Assembly (NCBI GenBank): GCA_043797085.1
Contig: JAZDQA010000005.1
Coordinates: 64,001-128,000 of the forward strand
Direction of reading: 5' to 3'
Length of the DNA stretch: 64,000 nt
From: Pseudomonadota bacterium
GTDB taxonomy: Bacteria > Campylobacterota > Campylobacteria > Campylobacterales > Sulfurimonadaceae
Below are positions 20,447 to 30,522 of the stretch, one piece after another. How positions within the stretch are numbered: position 1 is the stretch's first letter; each line of letters begins with the position of its first letter. The position numbers and the translations under genes are program-made. The notes under the pieces are model-generated. The model searched no databases, had not been told where the DNA came from, and saw only the letters and a list, made by a program, of their open reading frames with translations.

Positions 20447-21255
20447 AAGAGCTTCATGCAGATGTTACAATCGCATTAGAAGGAGTTATTGAGTTTCCAA
20501 GACGTGAAGCAGAGCTTTTGCTTATGGCGTACTTGGAGTGCAATCAGCTCTATTTTATCACTCATCAAGATGAGATAATCGATGTAGGCAATCCAAGATT
20601 GGCAGAGTGGATAGAAAAGCGCTCACGTAACGTTCCTCTTGAATATTTAACGAATCGTGTCAGTTTTTATAGCCGTGAATTTTACATTGATGAGGGAGCA
20701 CTTATTCCCAGACCTGAAACCGAACATCTGATCGATGAAGTTCTCTCTTTAGTGAATAAAGATGAAAAAATCACGATTGTGGAAGTGGGAGTAGGCAGCG
20801 GTATTATTTCAATACTTCTAGCCCTTCATTTTCCCAATGCCCATTGTATTGCCGTTGATATCTCACCTCTTGCTCTAAGTGTTGCGCGTCGTAACATTCA
20901 AGCCTTTGGATTGGAAGATCGGATTGAACTGCGTGAGGGTGATTTGCTTGCGTGTGTGAGTGAAAAAATTGATCTGCTTGTTTCCAATCCCCCTTATATC
21001 GCCGATGATGCCTTTTTGGAATCCAATCTGTCGTATGAACCGCAAAACGCTCTTTTTGGCGGCAGTGTGGGCGATGAAATCATACAGAGGCTTTTAGATG
21101 AAGTGTATGCGCGATCCATTCCTCTATTCGTTTGCGAGATGGGCTACGACCAGCGCCTAAAAGTGCAGGAATATCTCAAATCTTTTGCGGTACAATCGTT
21201 GGAGTTTTATAAAGATTTAGCCTCGTTTGATCGAGGATTTATTTTAAAAATTTAA
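20431..21255 (+). CDS. prmC: Release factor glutamine methyltransferase
   Basis: LIPRPETE, EVGVGSG, SNPPY, EMGYDQ. Confidence 0.93.
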   Translation: MSSTLKELHADVTIALEGVIEFPRREAELLLMAYLECNQLYFITHQDEIIDVGNPRLAEWIEKRSRNVPLEYLTNRVSFYSREFYIDEGALIPRPETEHLIDEVLSLVNKDEKITIVEVGVGSGIISILLALHFPNAHCIAVDISPLALSVARRNIQAFGLEDRIELREGDLLACVSEKIDLLVSNPPYIADDAFLESNLSYEPQNALFGGSVGDEIIQRLLDEVYARSIPLFVCEMGYDQRLKVQEYLKSFAVQSLEFYKDLASFDRGFILKI

Positions 21256-21266
21256 GAATTTAAAGA

Positions 21267-21366
21267 GCGCAAAAATGCGCGAGGGCACTCTGCCGAAGAC
21301 ATTGTCCCCCTTGAGGGTAGAACCTAGTGTTAACGTAGCTTAGGGGATTTTATTCCCTGAGCGTAT
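21267..21366 (+). repeat. Intergenic structured element, copy A
   Basis: Core 21288-21366 aligns without gaps to the reverse complement of 22615-22693 (64/79 by hand count). Preceded by hairpin GCGCA-AAAA-TGCGC. Confidence 0.85.
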
Positions 21367-21378
21367 AAAAGGAACAAA

Positions 21379-21861
21379 ATGAGTAATAAAAAAACTTTTA
21401 TCGATATTTTTTATCTTTTCACCCTTGCAATAACTGCGGGAGCCGTCTTTACTTTAGGTGCACTCGTTGCCGCTGTTGTCTTTCACTCTGAGCTTTATTT
21501 GAGTATACCGATCCTCTCCCGTTATGAAGAGGGAAAGATTATGGGAGAAATCTTCCGCCGTTTTAGTTATTGGGCGTATTTTATGACAGCTGTTATCGCT
21601 ATTTACGAGGTTTCTCGATACAAAGTAATGCAGATTGATAAAATTTCAATTTTAAGTGCATTGGGTGTAATCAGTACTCTTTTGCTTTTTGCTGCCGTGT
21701 ACGTTCCTAAAATCTTAGAGTATCAATCACGCGGTGAAAGTGCTATAGATGCATCGTTTGAGTCGCTGCATCAAGCGAGTGAAATTGATTTTAAAATCTT
21801 GCTTTTAATGTTGATTGTACTTTTTGCCCGTCGCACTTATTTGATGGTGGCTAAACGATGA
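21379..21861 (+). CDS. Four-TM membrane protein (DUF4149/TMEM205-like)
   Basis: Four hydrophobic segments, G.IMGEIF, FESLH.ASE. Confidence 0.7.
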   Translation: MSNKKTFIDIFYLFTLAITAGAVFTLGALVAAVVFHSELYLSIPILSRYEEGKIMGEIFRRFSYWAYFMTAVIAIYEVSRYKVMQIDKISILSALGVISTLLLFAAVYVPKILEYQSRGESAIDASFESLHQASEIDFKILLLMLIVLFARRTYLMVAKR

Positions 21862-22610
21862 TACGTTTTGAAAATGTCACGAAAAGCTTCGGAAAACGGG
21901 AAATTCTTCGAGGTGTCAATCTTGAAATCGAAGCAGGTAAAACAACGGTTATTTTTGGCGTTTCCGGTGGCGGAAAATCGACGATTATCAAACACATGGT
22001 TGGATTGCTAAAACCCGATAGCGGAACGATAAGCTATAAAGGCATAAATATTGATAAGGCAGATGAGACAGCATTGCGCGAAATTCGTAAAAAAATCGGG
22101 TTTCTTTTTCAAAGCGGAGCGTTATTTGACAGTATGAACATCGGGGATAATGTTGCATTCCCGATGGTGGAACATCAAAAGTTAACGCCAAAAGAACTCA
22201 ACTATAAAATTGATGAAAAACTCACTATGGTAGGACTTGACCCTTTAATCGTTAAATCTCTTTACCCGGAAGAACTCAGTGGCGGGATGCGCAAACGTGT
22301 TGGTTTGGCACGTACTTTAGCATTGGAACCTGAAGTGATCTTGTACGATGAACCAACCTCAGGACTTGATCCCGTCACCAGTGATTTTATCACTCAGATG
22401 ATTTGCAGACTACGTGATGAGATGGGTATGACTTCGGTACTCATTAGCCACGACATTGCAGAGAGTTTCAAAGCAGGGGATAACTATGCGATGCTTTTTG
22501 AAGGAGTTATCGTAGATTCTGGAAACAAAGAGTATTTTAAAAATTCACAAAATGCAGTTGTTCAGCAGTTTATAAATGCCCGTTCAGAGGGACCAATCGC
22601 GTTTCATTGA
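21858..22610 (+). CDS. MlaF/Mkl-type ABC ATP-binding protein
   Basis: GVSGGGKST, FQSGALFDSM, LSGGMRKRVGLAR, YDEPTSGLDP. Confidence 0.88.
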   Translation: MIRFENVTKSFGKREILRGVNLEIEAGKTTVIFGVSGGGKSTIIKHMVGLLKPDSGTISYKGINIDKADETALREIRKKIGFLFQSGALFDSMNIGDNVAFPMVEHQKLTPKELNYKIDEKLTMVGLDPLIVKSLYPEELSGGMRKRVGLARTLALEPEVILYDEPTSGLDPVTSDFITQMICRLRDEMGMTSVLISHDIAESFKAGDNYAMLFEGVIVDSGNKEYFKNSQNAVVQQFINARSEGPIAFH

Positions 22611-22614
22611 TTTG

Positions 22615-22716
22615 ATACGTATTGGGAATAAAATCCCCAATACTACGCTAACGCTGTGTCCTACCCTCAAGGGGCACAATGTCATCAGCAGAGAGCTCAA
22701 AATCGCTTACGATTTT
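22615..22716 (-). repeat. Intergenic structured element, copy B
   Basis: Inverted homologue of copy A; preceded on the minus strand by hairpin AAAATCG-TAAG-CGATTTT. Confidence 0.85.
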
Positions 22717-22720
22717 TTAC

Positions 22721-23011
22721 TTATCTCCCCCCAAACTTCTTTGTCCACCACTCTTGAGGAGTGAGGGTTTTATTCTGTAAAAACTCTTCGTCAAAATTGT
22801 ATTCATAGGTTGAGCAATATTCGAGTACGGTAGCATAAGCTTCATTGATTTGAGTGCTCATGGCGTGAGCAGTATCGGGGTCATTAGGATGTTTATCGGG
22901 ATGCCATTGTTTCATCATTGTTTTGTAGCGGGTTTTAATCTCGGAGAGGGTAGCTTTGTCACTCAGGCCAAGGAGCGTTTTGGCCTTTATGAGTGTGTCA
23001 AAAGAGAGCAT
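22721..23011 (-). CDS. Small J-domain (DnaJ-like) protein
   Basis: LLGL...EIKTRYK...WHPDK...INEAY. Confidence 0.85.
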   Translation of the reverse strand: MLSFDTLIKAKTLLGLSDKATLSEIKTRYKTMMKQWHPDKHPNDPDTAHAMSTQINEAYATVLEYCSTYEYNFDEEFLQNKTLTPQEWWTKKFGGR

Positions 23012-23023
23012 AATTAGTAGTAT

Positions 23024-24148
23024 TTAATCTTTTTGTTGACGCATAAACGTCGGAACATCCAAGAAATCTTCACTGTAATCGCCATTGGATACCATAGCGG
23101 CACGAACAACGACGCGTGGTTTAACCACAATGTCTTTATTTTCAAACTCGCTGTTATTTATACCTTGAGAAGCTCTTTTTTCAAAGCCGGTAGCGACAAG
23201 AGTGATACGAATAAAATCAATAGGAAGATCTTTGTTTGTAGTTGTTCCAAAAATAACTTCGGCACTGTCATCAACGCTTTTTTGTACGATTTCCATTGCC
23301 GAGCTGATTTCCATAAATGGATATTCAGGATGCATATTGAAGTGAACCAAAACACCCAATGCGCCGTTGATTGACATGTTATCAAGCAATGGAGATTCGA
23401 TAGCGTTTTTAATCGCTTCGTTCGCTGCATTGTCACCTTTGTATTCGCCCACACCCATGAGAGCCAATCCGCGATGACTCATAACGGTTTGTAAGTCTGC
23501 GAAGTCAAGGTTGATATCGTCTTCACCGCTTGCCAAGATCACACCTGAAGTACCGCTAACAGCACGAGCAAGTACACTGTCAACGATTTTGAAGCTCTCT
23601 TTGATCCCCATTTTTGGATCAATGATTGAAAGAAGTTTATCATTAGGGATAACAACAATCGAATCGGATTCATTCTTGAGTTCTTCAAGACCCTCTTCAG
23701 CAAGCTTAAGACGTTTACGCCCTTCAAACGAAAAAGGTTTAGTGACAACAGCGATGGTCAATGCCCCACACTCTTTAGCAATTTTAGCAATGATAGGAGC
23801 AGCACCCGTACCTGTTCCGCCGCCTAAGCCAGCAGCAACAAAAACAATATCTGCACCATCAAGGGCACGACGAAGGTCTTCGTAACTCTCAATTGCAGAC
23901 TCTTTGCCTACTTCAGGTTTCATCCCTGCACCCAAACCTTTGGTCAGTTTAGCACCAAGTTGAATTTTAATAGCAGCTGAGCCTTGCTCCAATACTTGCG
24001 CATCGGTGTTGGCAATAATGAGTTCAATACCAGGAATTTGCTCTTTGAGCATAAATCCGATCATGTTACCGCCGCCGCCTCCAACGCCGACTGCTACAAT
24101 ACGTGCCCCTGTTAATGATGATGATTCGTTAATTGAAAATGGTTCCAT
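23024..24148 (-). CDS. ftsZ: Cell division protein FtsZ
   Basis: GVGGGGGN, GLGGGTGTG, INLDFAD, C-terminal LDVPTFMR. Confidence 0.98.
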   Translation of the reverse strand: MEPFSINESSSLTGARIVAVGVGGGGGNMIGFMLKEQIPGIELIIANTDAQVLEQGSAAIKIQLGAKLTKGLGAGMKPEVGKESAIESYEDLRRALDGADIVFVAAGLGGGTGTGAAPIIAKIAKECGALTIAVVTKPFSFEGRKRLKLAEEGLEELKNESDSIVVIPNDKLLSIIDPKMGIKESFKIVDSVLARAVSGTSGVILASGEDDINLDFADLQTVMSHRGLALMGVGEYKGDNAANEAIKNAIESPLLDNMSINGALGVLVHFNMHPEYPFMEISSAMEIVQKSVDDSAEVIFGTTTNKDLPIDFIRITLVATGFEKRASQGINNSEFENKDIVVKPRVVVRAAMVSNGDYSEDFLDVPTFMRQQKD

Positions 24149-24167
24149 GCTTGCTCCTTAGGTGTGA

Positions 24168-25601
24168 TTAAAATAGTTGTGTTGCCCAATTCCAAAACTT
24201 GGCGAATGGATTTGGTTCTTCGGTTTGACGACTGGCGTTATTTGTGATATTACCCATTTTGGATGGTTCTACTTTTGGTTTTGCTTCCACTTTTGGTGTA
24301 CTTTTAGGTGGAGTTGCCGAAACGTTTCGAGGCTGTGTTTGGGATGAATAGGTAGGGACAGAATATTCAATCTCAACTTCTTCTTCAACGCCAGGAGTAT
24401 CATAATGAATTTCTTCACCCGAGTGGCGCATCCGTTTGTTTACATCAATCTCATAGCGTGTATATCCGTCAGCTGAATATTTGATAAGACCTACTGCTCC
24501 TGAATAAGAAGGATCACGAAGGGTATCAAACAAACCGCCCATATCGGAAGGTTTCGCAAGCCGTACGGGCATATTGTCTAAAATAGCAACCGCAAGTTCG
24601 CGAAGTCCTTCTATTTTGGTGAATCCGCCGGTGAGGACGACACCCGCTCCCAAATGTTCTTTTAATCCGCTTTTTTCTAAGGATTGAGCAATAATCATCA
24701 ATGTTTCTTCTACGCGAGCATAGATAACGTTGTGTACCACTTCCAGTGATACTTCATGCGTTGCATTTTCATCACCGATCACAGGAAGTTCAATCAAATC
24801 ATTACTGGGCGCATAAAGTGAGCCATAATTCATTTTTACATTGTCAGCGGTTTGCAACGGTGTGTGCAATGCCATCGAAAGATCATTGGTAATATGGTTA
24901 GAGCCGACCCCTAAAAAGTCGTTATAGCGGATAGCATGTCCGGAATGGATAACGATATTGCTGGTGTTTCCACCCATGTCAACCACTGCAGCGCCTAACT
25001 CTTTTTCATCTAGATTCAGAACAGCGATAGCGGAAGCATAACCGCTTAGAACAACACTCTCAACATCAACACCGGCAGCTTTAACTGCTTTTCGCAAGTT
25101 GTTGAGATTACTTTTTACGGTTGTAATAATATGTGTTTCAACTTCCAAACGTGATGCATTCATTCCCAGAGGATCTTCGATAAAATCTTGATCGTCTACT
25201 TTGAAGTTATACGGGAGTGCATGAAGCACTTCAAATTCATTGGGGATATTGGCATTATATAGAGACGTGTGCATAACACGACTAATCTCTTTTAGTGTAA
25301 TCTCTTTATCAGGAATATTGACAATACCGCTAGAATTAAGACTTTTCGTATAAGCACCTGAGATAGAGACGATTGCACTCTTTAAATCAGTACCTGCTAC
25401 ACGCTTGGCATCATTGAGAGCATTTTTAATCGACTTGGAAGCCAACTCTATATTGGTAATACTCCCTTTTCTAAGACCCTGCGCTTTTGCTATACCTGCT
25501 CCGATAATCTGAGCACTGTTGTCATCACCAATCTCTGCGATAATGGCACAGATTTTTGTCGATCCGATATCGATGGCTAAAACCGTTCGTTTCAAAATCA
25601 A
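24168..25601 (-). CDS. ftsA: Cell division protein FtsA
   Basis: IDIGSTKI, DMGGNTS, VLTGG, C-terminal amphipathic FAKFWNWATQLF. Confidence 0.97.
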   Translation of the reverse strand: MILKRTVLAIDIGSTKICAIIAEIGDDNSAQIIGAGIAKAQGLRKGSITNIELASKSIKNALNDAKRVAGTDLKSAIVSISGAYTKSLNSSGIVNIPDKEITLKEISRVMHTSLYNANIPNEFEVLHALPYNFKVDDQDFIEDPLGMNASRLEVETHIITTVKSNLNNLRKAVKAAGVDVESVVLSGYASAIAVLNLDEKELGAAVVDMGGNTSNIVIHSGHAIRYNDFLGVGSNHITNDLSMALHTPLQTADNVKMNYGSLYAPSNDLIELPVIGDENATHEVSLEVVHNVIYARVEETLMIIAQSLEKSGLKEHLGAGVVLTGGFTKIEGLRELAVAILDNMPVRLAKPSDMGGLFDTLRDPSYSGAVGLIKYSADGYTRYEIDVNKRMRHSGEEIHYDTPGVEEEVEIEYSVPTYSSQTQPRNVSATPPKSTPKVEAKPKVEPSKMGNITNNASRQTEEPNPFAKFWNWATQLF

Positions 25602-27064
25602 ATCCCCTCTGCATAGATTTCTATTGGATACTTACTCTCAAGCATTTTTAACAGCTTTTGATTGAGTAAATTTCCTTTTAGCTTTATAACGGTGTTATCA
25701 TCAGCTATTACCGTCTCTTGTAGCAACTTTTGTTCCAAAACGTTATAAAGAATAACATTTCCGCTTTCCAAAGTTAAAAACCCTTGTTTTTGTTTAGAAG
25801 CAAACAGCTTGTTAACAAATTCGCTAGATTCTCTTGCTGATAATCCCGCCAATTGTGTACTTTCTTTACGGGTAATGAAGTCACTCACTGTCCCATGAAA
25901 TGTTTTAAAACTATTTTGTGCTAACTCTTGAAGTTTGGCTTTTCTCATCTCATGAGTGTAACCGATGTTAGCTTCAGCTTTTGCTTCTTCATACGTTTTT
26001 GACATGGACGGATTAAGTTTTTCAAGCTTAATAATAATGTATTCGTTATTCATTTTTCGGGGTTTCAAAAATTGTTTTTGAGCATTAAGCGTTGCAAGGT
26101 CTTTTAAGAGTTCAGCCGGAAAGATTTTTGAATCGGAAGAGACATTGATTTTTTCAATTGCAACCGAGGAAGGAAGTGAGCCTTTTTTAAAGTCGATATA
26201 ACGTCGAAGAGCTTCTTTTTGGGTTGCTGTATCATTGAGAGCTGCGATGACTTGAGGACGTGCTTGAGAAAGTTCAAGTATTTTGCCGTCATTGGAGGTG
26301 AAGGTGTGCATGTTTGACTGGTAGTAAGCAGTGATCTCTGTTTCACTTGGAACAGTATTTAAAGGAGCTTGATGGACGATTGAGATATCGTAACTTGCTG
26401 CTTTTTTATAATTATTTTTATTTTTTCCCCAATACGCTTTTAATGCCGCTTCATCAGCCTGAATGGTAATCATATCGGGAGTAAGAACTTTGTAGTCGAT
26501 TTTATCCGCAACACCCATGGCGTATGCAATGGATTTTTCTTCTAACGGACTAACTTTTGGAGAGAAAAGATAAAGCGTTTTTTGGATGAGCAGTTCACGA
26601 CGCATCGTAGACTCATACTCTTTAATCGTAAGATGATTTTGTTTAAGGGTATCAGTATACTGTTGTTTGTCAAATTGACCATTTTTAGTAAATGCCTGTT
26701 GTGTTTTGATCAAATCAAAAAGCTCTGCATCGCTGATTTGCAATTGATAACTTTCTGCCAGATTTAAAATAAGCGATTGATCAACAAGATTTTTAAGAGC
26801 TTGACGTTGCAAACCAAACTCTTTTGCTTGTTTCTCATCCAGCTTGCCTTGAAACATTTGATTGTATTGGTTAAACAAATTGGTATAACTTTTTTGAAGT
26901 TCTTCTTGAGTGATGGTGATCTTTCCGACTTTAGCGACTGCTCCGGCTTTATCGCCGTAATCGTATTGTCCCCAGCCTACAAATCCTGCTCCAATAAAAG
27001 CGATGGTAGAGATCCAAATCGTTATGACAAGGTATTTTCGGTGGCGTTGCATCCAAGTAATCAT
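25598..27064 (-). CDS. ppiD: PpiD-like periplasmic folding chaperone (SurA N-terminal domain)
   Basis: MITWMQRH..., N-terminal TM, VAKVG..IT; position upstream of ftsA as in Campylobacterota. Confidence 0.8.
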   Translation of the reverse strand: MITWMQRHRKYLVITIWISTIAFIGAGFVGWGQYDYGDKAGAVAKVGKITITQEELQKSYTNLFNQYNQMFQGKLDEKQAKEFGLQRQALKNLVDQSLILNLAESYQLQISDAELFDLIKTQQAFTKNGQFDKQQYTDTLKQNHLTIKEYESTMRRELLIQKTLYLFSPKVSPLEEKSIAYAMGVADKIDYKVLTPDMITIQADEAALKAYWGKNKNNYKKAASYDISIVHQAPLNTVPSETEITAYYQSNMHTFTSNDGKILELSQARPQVIAALNDTATQKEALRRYIDFKKGSLPSSVAIEKINVSSDSKIFPAELLKDLATLNAQKQFLKPRKMNNEYIIIKLEKLNPSMSKTYEEAKAEANIGYTHEMRKAKLQELAQNSFKTFHGTVSDFITRKESTQLAGLSARESSEFVNKLFASKQKQGFLTLESGNVILYNVLEQKLLQETVIADDNTVIKLKGNLLNQKLLKMLESKYPIEIYAEGI

Positions 27065-27208
27065 TATGTTGTGGACCTTTAATATGGTTTTATGGTGTAA
27101 AATTAGGATATTTTAGTGCGTTTACCATTAAACTTCTATGAAAATAGAGGTGGAATAACAGATGTTATAACATTTATAGGTAAAAATTGATTAATTATAG
27201 GGATTGAT

Positions 27209-28510
27209 ATGACTAATGCTACGATTTCACAACGGGATCAGAATGTTTTATGGCATCCGTGTACCCAGATGAAAGATCACGAAACGTTTCCGATTATTCC
27301 CATTGCACGCGGACGAGGTGTTTATCTTGAAGATTTTGAGGGAAAGCAATACATCGATGCGATCAGCAGTTGGTGGGTAAATCTTTTTGGTCATGCAAAC
27401 CGCGAAATTAACGATAAAATCAAAGAACAATTGGACACATTGGAACATGTGATACTTGCAGGATTTACCCATGAAGGGATCGTTCGTCTCTCAGAGCGTC
27501 TGATTGCGCTTGCTCCGGATGGATTAAGCCGCTGTTTTTACGCCGATAACGGTTCGAGCGCCATTGAAGTTGCGCTAAAAATGTCGTACCATGCACACAA
27601 AAATAAGGGTGCTAACAAAGCGTTATTCGTCTCTCTTTCCAACAGTTATCACGGAGAAACATTGGGAGCCCTTTCGATCGGCGATGTAGCTCTTTATAAA
27701 GAGACGTATGCCCCGTTGTTAATCCATTCCATTCAAACTCCTGTTCCTATCAATCAGTCGATTGAAGCAGCGCAAGCGGCACTTGATGCGTATGAAGTGT
27801 TATTAAAAGAAAAAAGTGCCGAAATCGCCGCACTCATTGTTGAGCCGCTTGTTCAAGGGGCGGGTGGAATGGTGATGTACCATCCCTATTTTCTAACCGG
27901 AGCCAAAAAATTGTGTGAAAACTATGGCGTCCATTTTATTGCGGATGAAATCATGGTAGGGTTTGGGAGAACGGGGAGTATGTTTGCGTGTGAGCAAGCG
28001 GGTATTACGCCTGATTTTCTAATCCTCTCCAAAGGGCTTACAGGAGGATATTTACCTTTATCGGTGGTAATAACAACGGATGCTGTTTATGATACTTTTT
28101 ATTGCGATTATGACCCATACCGAACTTTTTTGCATTCACACAGTTATACGGGCAATGCGCTTGCGTGCGCGGCAGCCAATGCAACATTGGATATTTTTGA
28201 GAATAACAATGTTATTGAAGCCAATAAAGTTTTATCTGCCCTTATTGCGATAGAACTTTTACGGTTTGAAAAACGTACTGATGTGAAAGAAACACGCCAA
28301 TGCGGTATGATTGGAGTTATTGAACTAGAGGGCTTTGACCCAAGCCAACGAATTGGGGTGAAGCTTCATCGACATTGTTTGGGGCTTGGGGTATTAATAC
28401 GACCTTTGGGGAGTGTTATTTATGTTATGCCTCCGTATGTTATAACAAAGAATGAGCTAGTGAGAATATTTGATGCGATTGAGTCGGCTTTAAACGAGCA
28501 CTGTGTATAA
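27209..28510 (+). CDS. bioA: Adenosylmethionine-8-amino-7-oxononanoate aminotransferase
   Basis: WHPCTQ, SSWWVN, YHGET, IADEIMVGFGRTG, SKGLTGGY, HSYTGN. Confidence 0.95.
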   Translation: MTNATISQRDQNVLWHPCTQMKDHETFPIIPIARGRGVYLEDFEGKQYIDAISSWWVNLFGHANREINDKIKEQLDTLEHVILAGFTHEGIVRLSERLIALAPDGLSRCFYADNGSSAIEVALKMSYHAHKNKGANKALFVSLSNSYHGETLGALSIGDVALYKETYAPLLIHSIQTPVPINQSIEAAQAALDAYEVLLKEKSAEIAALIVEPLVQGAGGMVMYHPYFLTGAKKLCENYGVHFIADEIMVGFGRTGSMFACEQAGITPDFLILSKGLTGGYLPLSVVITTDAVYDTFYCDYDPYRTFLHSHSYTGNALACAAANATLDIFENNNVIEANKVLSALIAIELLRFEKRTDVKETRQCGMIGVIELEGFDPSQRIGVKLHRHCLGLGVLIRPLGSVIYVMPPYVITKNELVRIFDAIESALNEHCV

Positions 28511-28538
28511 TGCAACTAACATAATCTAAGGTTTTTAA

Positions 28539-29459
28539 GTGCAAGATATCCCTCATATTCCTGTTTTGTACCGTGAAGTGGTAGAAGCATTTGCCATGTG
28601 TGACACAGGAATTATTATAGACTGTACGCTTGGGTACGGCGGGCATACGTCATTATTGCTCGATGCTCAACCCAACCGTAACGTAGTCGGTATTGATCAA
28701 GACCCTACGGCGATTGAATTTTCAACGAAGCGTTTGATCCCTTACGGAGATCGAGCTGAGATACGGCAAGGGCGTTTTTCGACCGTGGCAGAAGCTGTTT
28801 TGACCGAAAAAACCGATCAGGTTTGCGGTATTTTAGCCGATATAGGGGTATCCTCTTTACAGCTTGATGTAAGAGAACGCGGATTTTCATATGAGAGCGA
28901 TTGCTTGGATATGCGAATGGACCCCAATGCGTCATTGAGTGCGTATGAGGTGGTCAATACCTATGGACAAAGTGATTTAGAGAAAATTTTGCGTGAATAC
29001 GGAGAAGTGACAAACGCTCGTGTCGTTGCCGAGACGATGGTCAAAAAACGTCCTTTTGAGTCGGCAAAAGAGCTTTCGAATGCGATTTTTCATTTGATGC
29101 CCAAGGGTAAAAAAATTCATCCAAGTACCCTTGTGATGCAGGGAATCCGCATTGAGGTAAACGATGAACTGGGTGAATTGGTCAGATTGTTGGATGCGAT
29201 TGAAAATGGACCGCAAAAACGGTTGCGCGTCGGAATCATTACGTTCCATTCTCTGGAGGATCGAATTGTAAAGCAGCGTTTTGCCTTGTGGGCAAAAAAT
29301 TGTATCTGTCCGGATGATGCGATGCGATGTACGTGCGGCAATAATCACTCAATAGGTAAAGTAATAACCAAAAAACCGTTGAGTGCGCAAGACGACGAAC
29401 TGCGTGCCAACTCGAGATCACGAAGTGCAAAATTACGAATTTTTGAGATAAACAGATAG
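28539..29459 (+). CDS. rsmH: 16S rRNA m4C1402 methyltransferase
   Basis: HIPVL, DCTLGYGGH, DIGVSS.QLD, RIEVNDEL, FHSLEDR, RSRSAKLR. Confidence 0.96.
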   Translation: MQDIPHIPVLYREVVEAFAMCDTGIIIDCTLGYGGHTSLLLDAQPNRNVVGIDQDPTAIEFSTKRLIPYGDRAEIRQGRFSTVAEAVLTEKTDQVCGILADIGVSSLQLDVRERGFSYESDCLDMRMDPNASLSAYEVVNTYGQSDLEKILREYGEVTNARVVAETMVKKRPFESAKELSNAIFHLMPKGKKIHPSTLVMQGIRIEVNDELGELVRLLDAIENGPQKRLRVGIITFHSLEDRIVKQRFALWAKNCICPDDAMRCTCGNNHSIGKVITKKPLSAQDDELRANSRSRSAKLRIFEINR

Positions 29460-29465
29460 GTTACA

Positions 29466-29744
29466 ATGAACGAAAAGCATGACATATTAGAAGAGACGCA
29501 ATCGATTATAAACCCTGATGAAACGATGGGAATAGGGTTTTTACGTAATGTTTTTTTTGGAATATTTTTAATTTTGATCATTGTATTTCCAAAAATCTTT
29601 ATCCAAACTCAAATCTATTTCAAAAGCCGCGAAATCTCAACGCTTAATCGCGAACACGATGCCCTCAAAGAAGAAAATCGAATCATAAGAGCAAAGGTAG
29701 AACATATGGTGTACAAAAATAAAATTTTGGATACGTTGTTTTAA
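29466..29744 (+). CDS. Probable FtsL-like bitopic cell division protein
   Basis: One TM plus coiled coil, immediately after rsmH (canonical ftsL position). Confidence 0.6.
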   Translation: MNEKHDILEETQSIINPDETMGIGFLRNVFFGIFLILIIVFPKIFIQTQIYFKSREISTLNREHDALKEENRIIRAKVEHMVYKNKILDTLF

Positions 29745-29809
29745 CGTTTTATGAACTAAAGAATACAGATGGTATAATCGCCGTTTTAAATTGATATTTT
29801 GGGGATACG

Positions 29810-30094
29810 ATGTATAATTTATTCGAAGACGAAGACGATATTTTTCAGGGTTCACCGAAAAGCAAATTTATGGACATTGTTTATGCCGCTAATCGTGATT
29901 TAGTTCAAAATGAGCTTGAACGTTTGATGGGGCGTATGGCGGTCATGGAGATGCTATTGCAAGAACAGCATGGTGAAGACCATATTGATTCGATTCTTCG
30001 CAATGCTGAGTTTGAGCGGGCAGATGAAGTCAGCTCGATGATTAAAAATCTCTATATCATCTCTGTTGGGAACGTGTTGAGCCGAAACGAATAG
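29810..30094 (+). CDS. DUF2018-like conserved protein
   Basis: DIFQGSPKSKF.DI...AN...V..EL, C-terminal LSRNE. Confidence 0.7.
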   Translation: MYNLFEDEDDIFQGSPKSKFMDIVYAANRDLVQNELERLMGRMAVMEMLLQEQHGEDHIDSILRNAEFERADEVSSMIKNLYIISVGNVLSRNE

Positions 30095-30102
30095 AAGGAT
30101 TG

Positions 30103-30522
30103 ATGATTAAAGCTTTTCTACTCTTTGTGTTTCTTGTTTTTTCATTGCAGGGAGCTCCTTGGCGAGAAATGAAAAGTTTTACTCTCAAAAAAGATGAAAC
30201 CGTTCGATTGGTCATAAAAACAACAACACCCAAGAAAGAGAGAATTTTTTTATGGCGATGGACTCTTTATGCTGATAAAGCGTTGGTGGTTCATGAAAGT
30301 TTTGATCGATTTGTCGGGCAGCATATTCTTTATCTTGGGCTCAATGACAGTTTTCGAAAACCTCTCTTGCCTGCGCTTAAAAGCGAGAGAGATGTTCCGT
30401 ATGCTTTAGTGGTATTTAAAAAGTTTGACGATAAAAATCAAACCGCTTTGTTTGATTTTTTACTGATTGATAGAGAAAAGAGAATTTTAGTGGATTATTT
30501 AGAGAAGGAAGTGAAGAAGTAA
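30103..30522 (+). CDS. Hypothetical exported protein
   Basis: Signal-like N-terminus, WRWTLY motif; stop overlaps the next start. Confidence 0.65.
   Translation: MIKAFLLFVFLVFSLQGAPWREMKSFTLKKDETVRLVIKTTTPKKERIFLWRWTLYADKALVVHESFDRFVGQHILYLGLNDSFRKPLLPALKSERDVPYALVVFKKFDDKNQTALFDFLLIDREKRILVDYLEKEVKK

Noticed and set aside
21288..22693. Repeat copies as a CRISPR array or IS terminal inverted repeats
   Set aside because: No regular repeat-spacer periodicity, no cas or transposase gene, and no target-site duplication seen.
24168..24420. Long Pro/Lys/Glu-rich tail of FtsA
   Set aside because: A variable linker before the membrane-targeting helix is normal for FtsA in this lineage.
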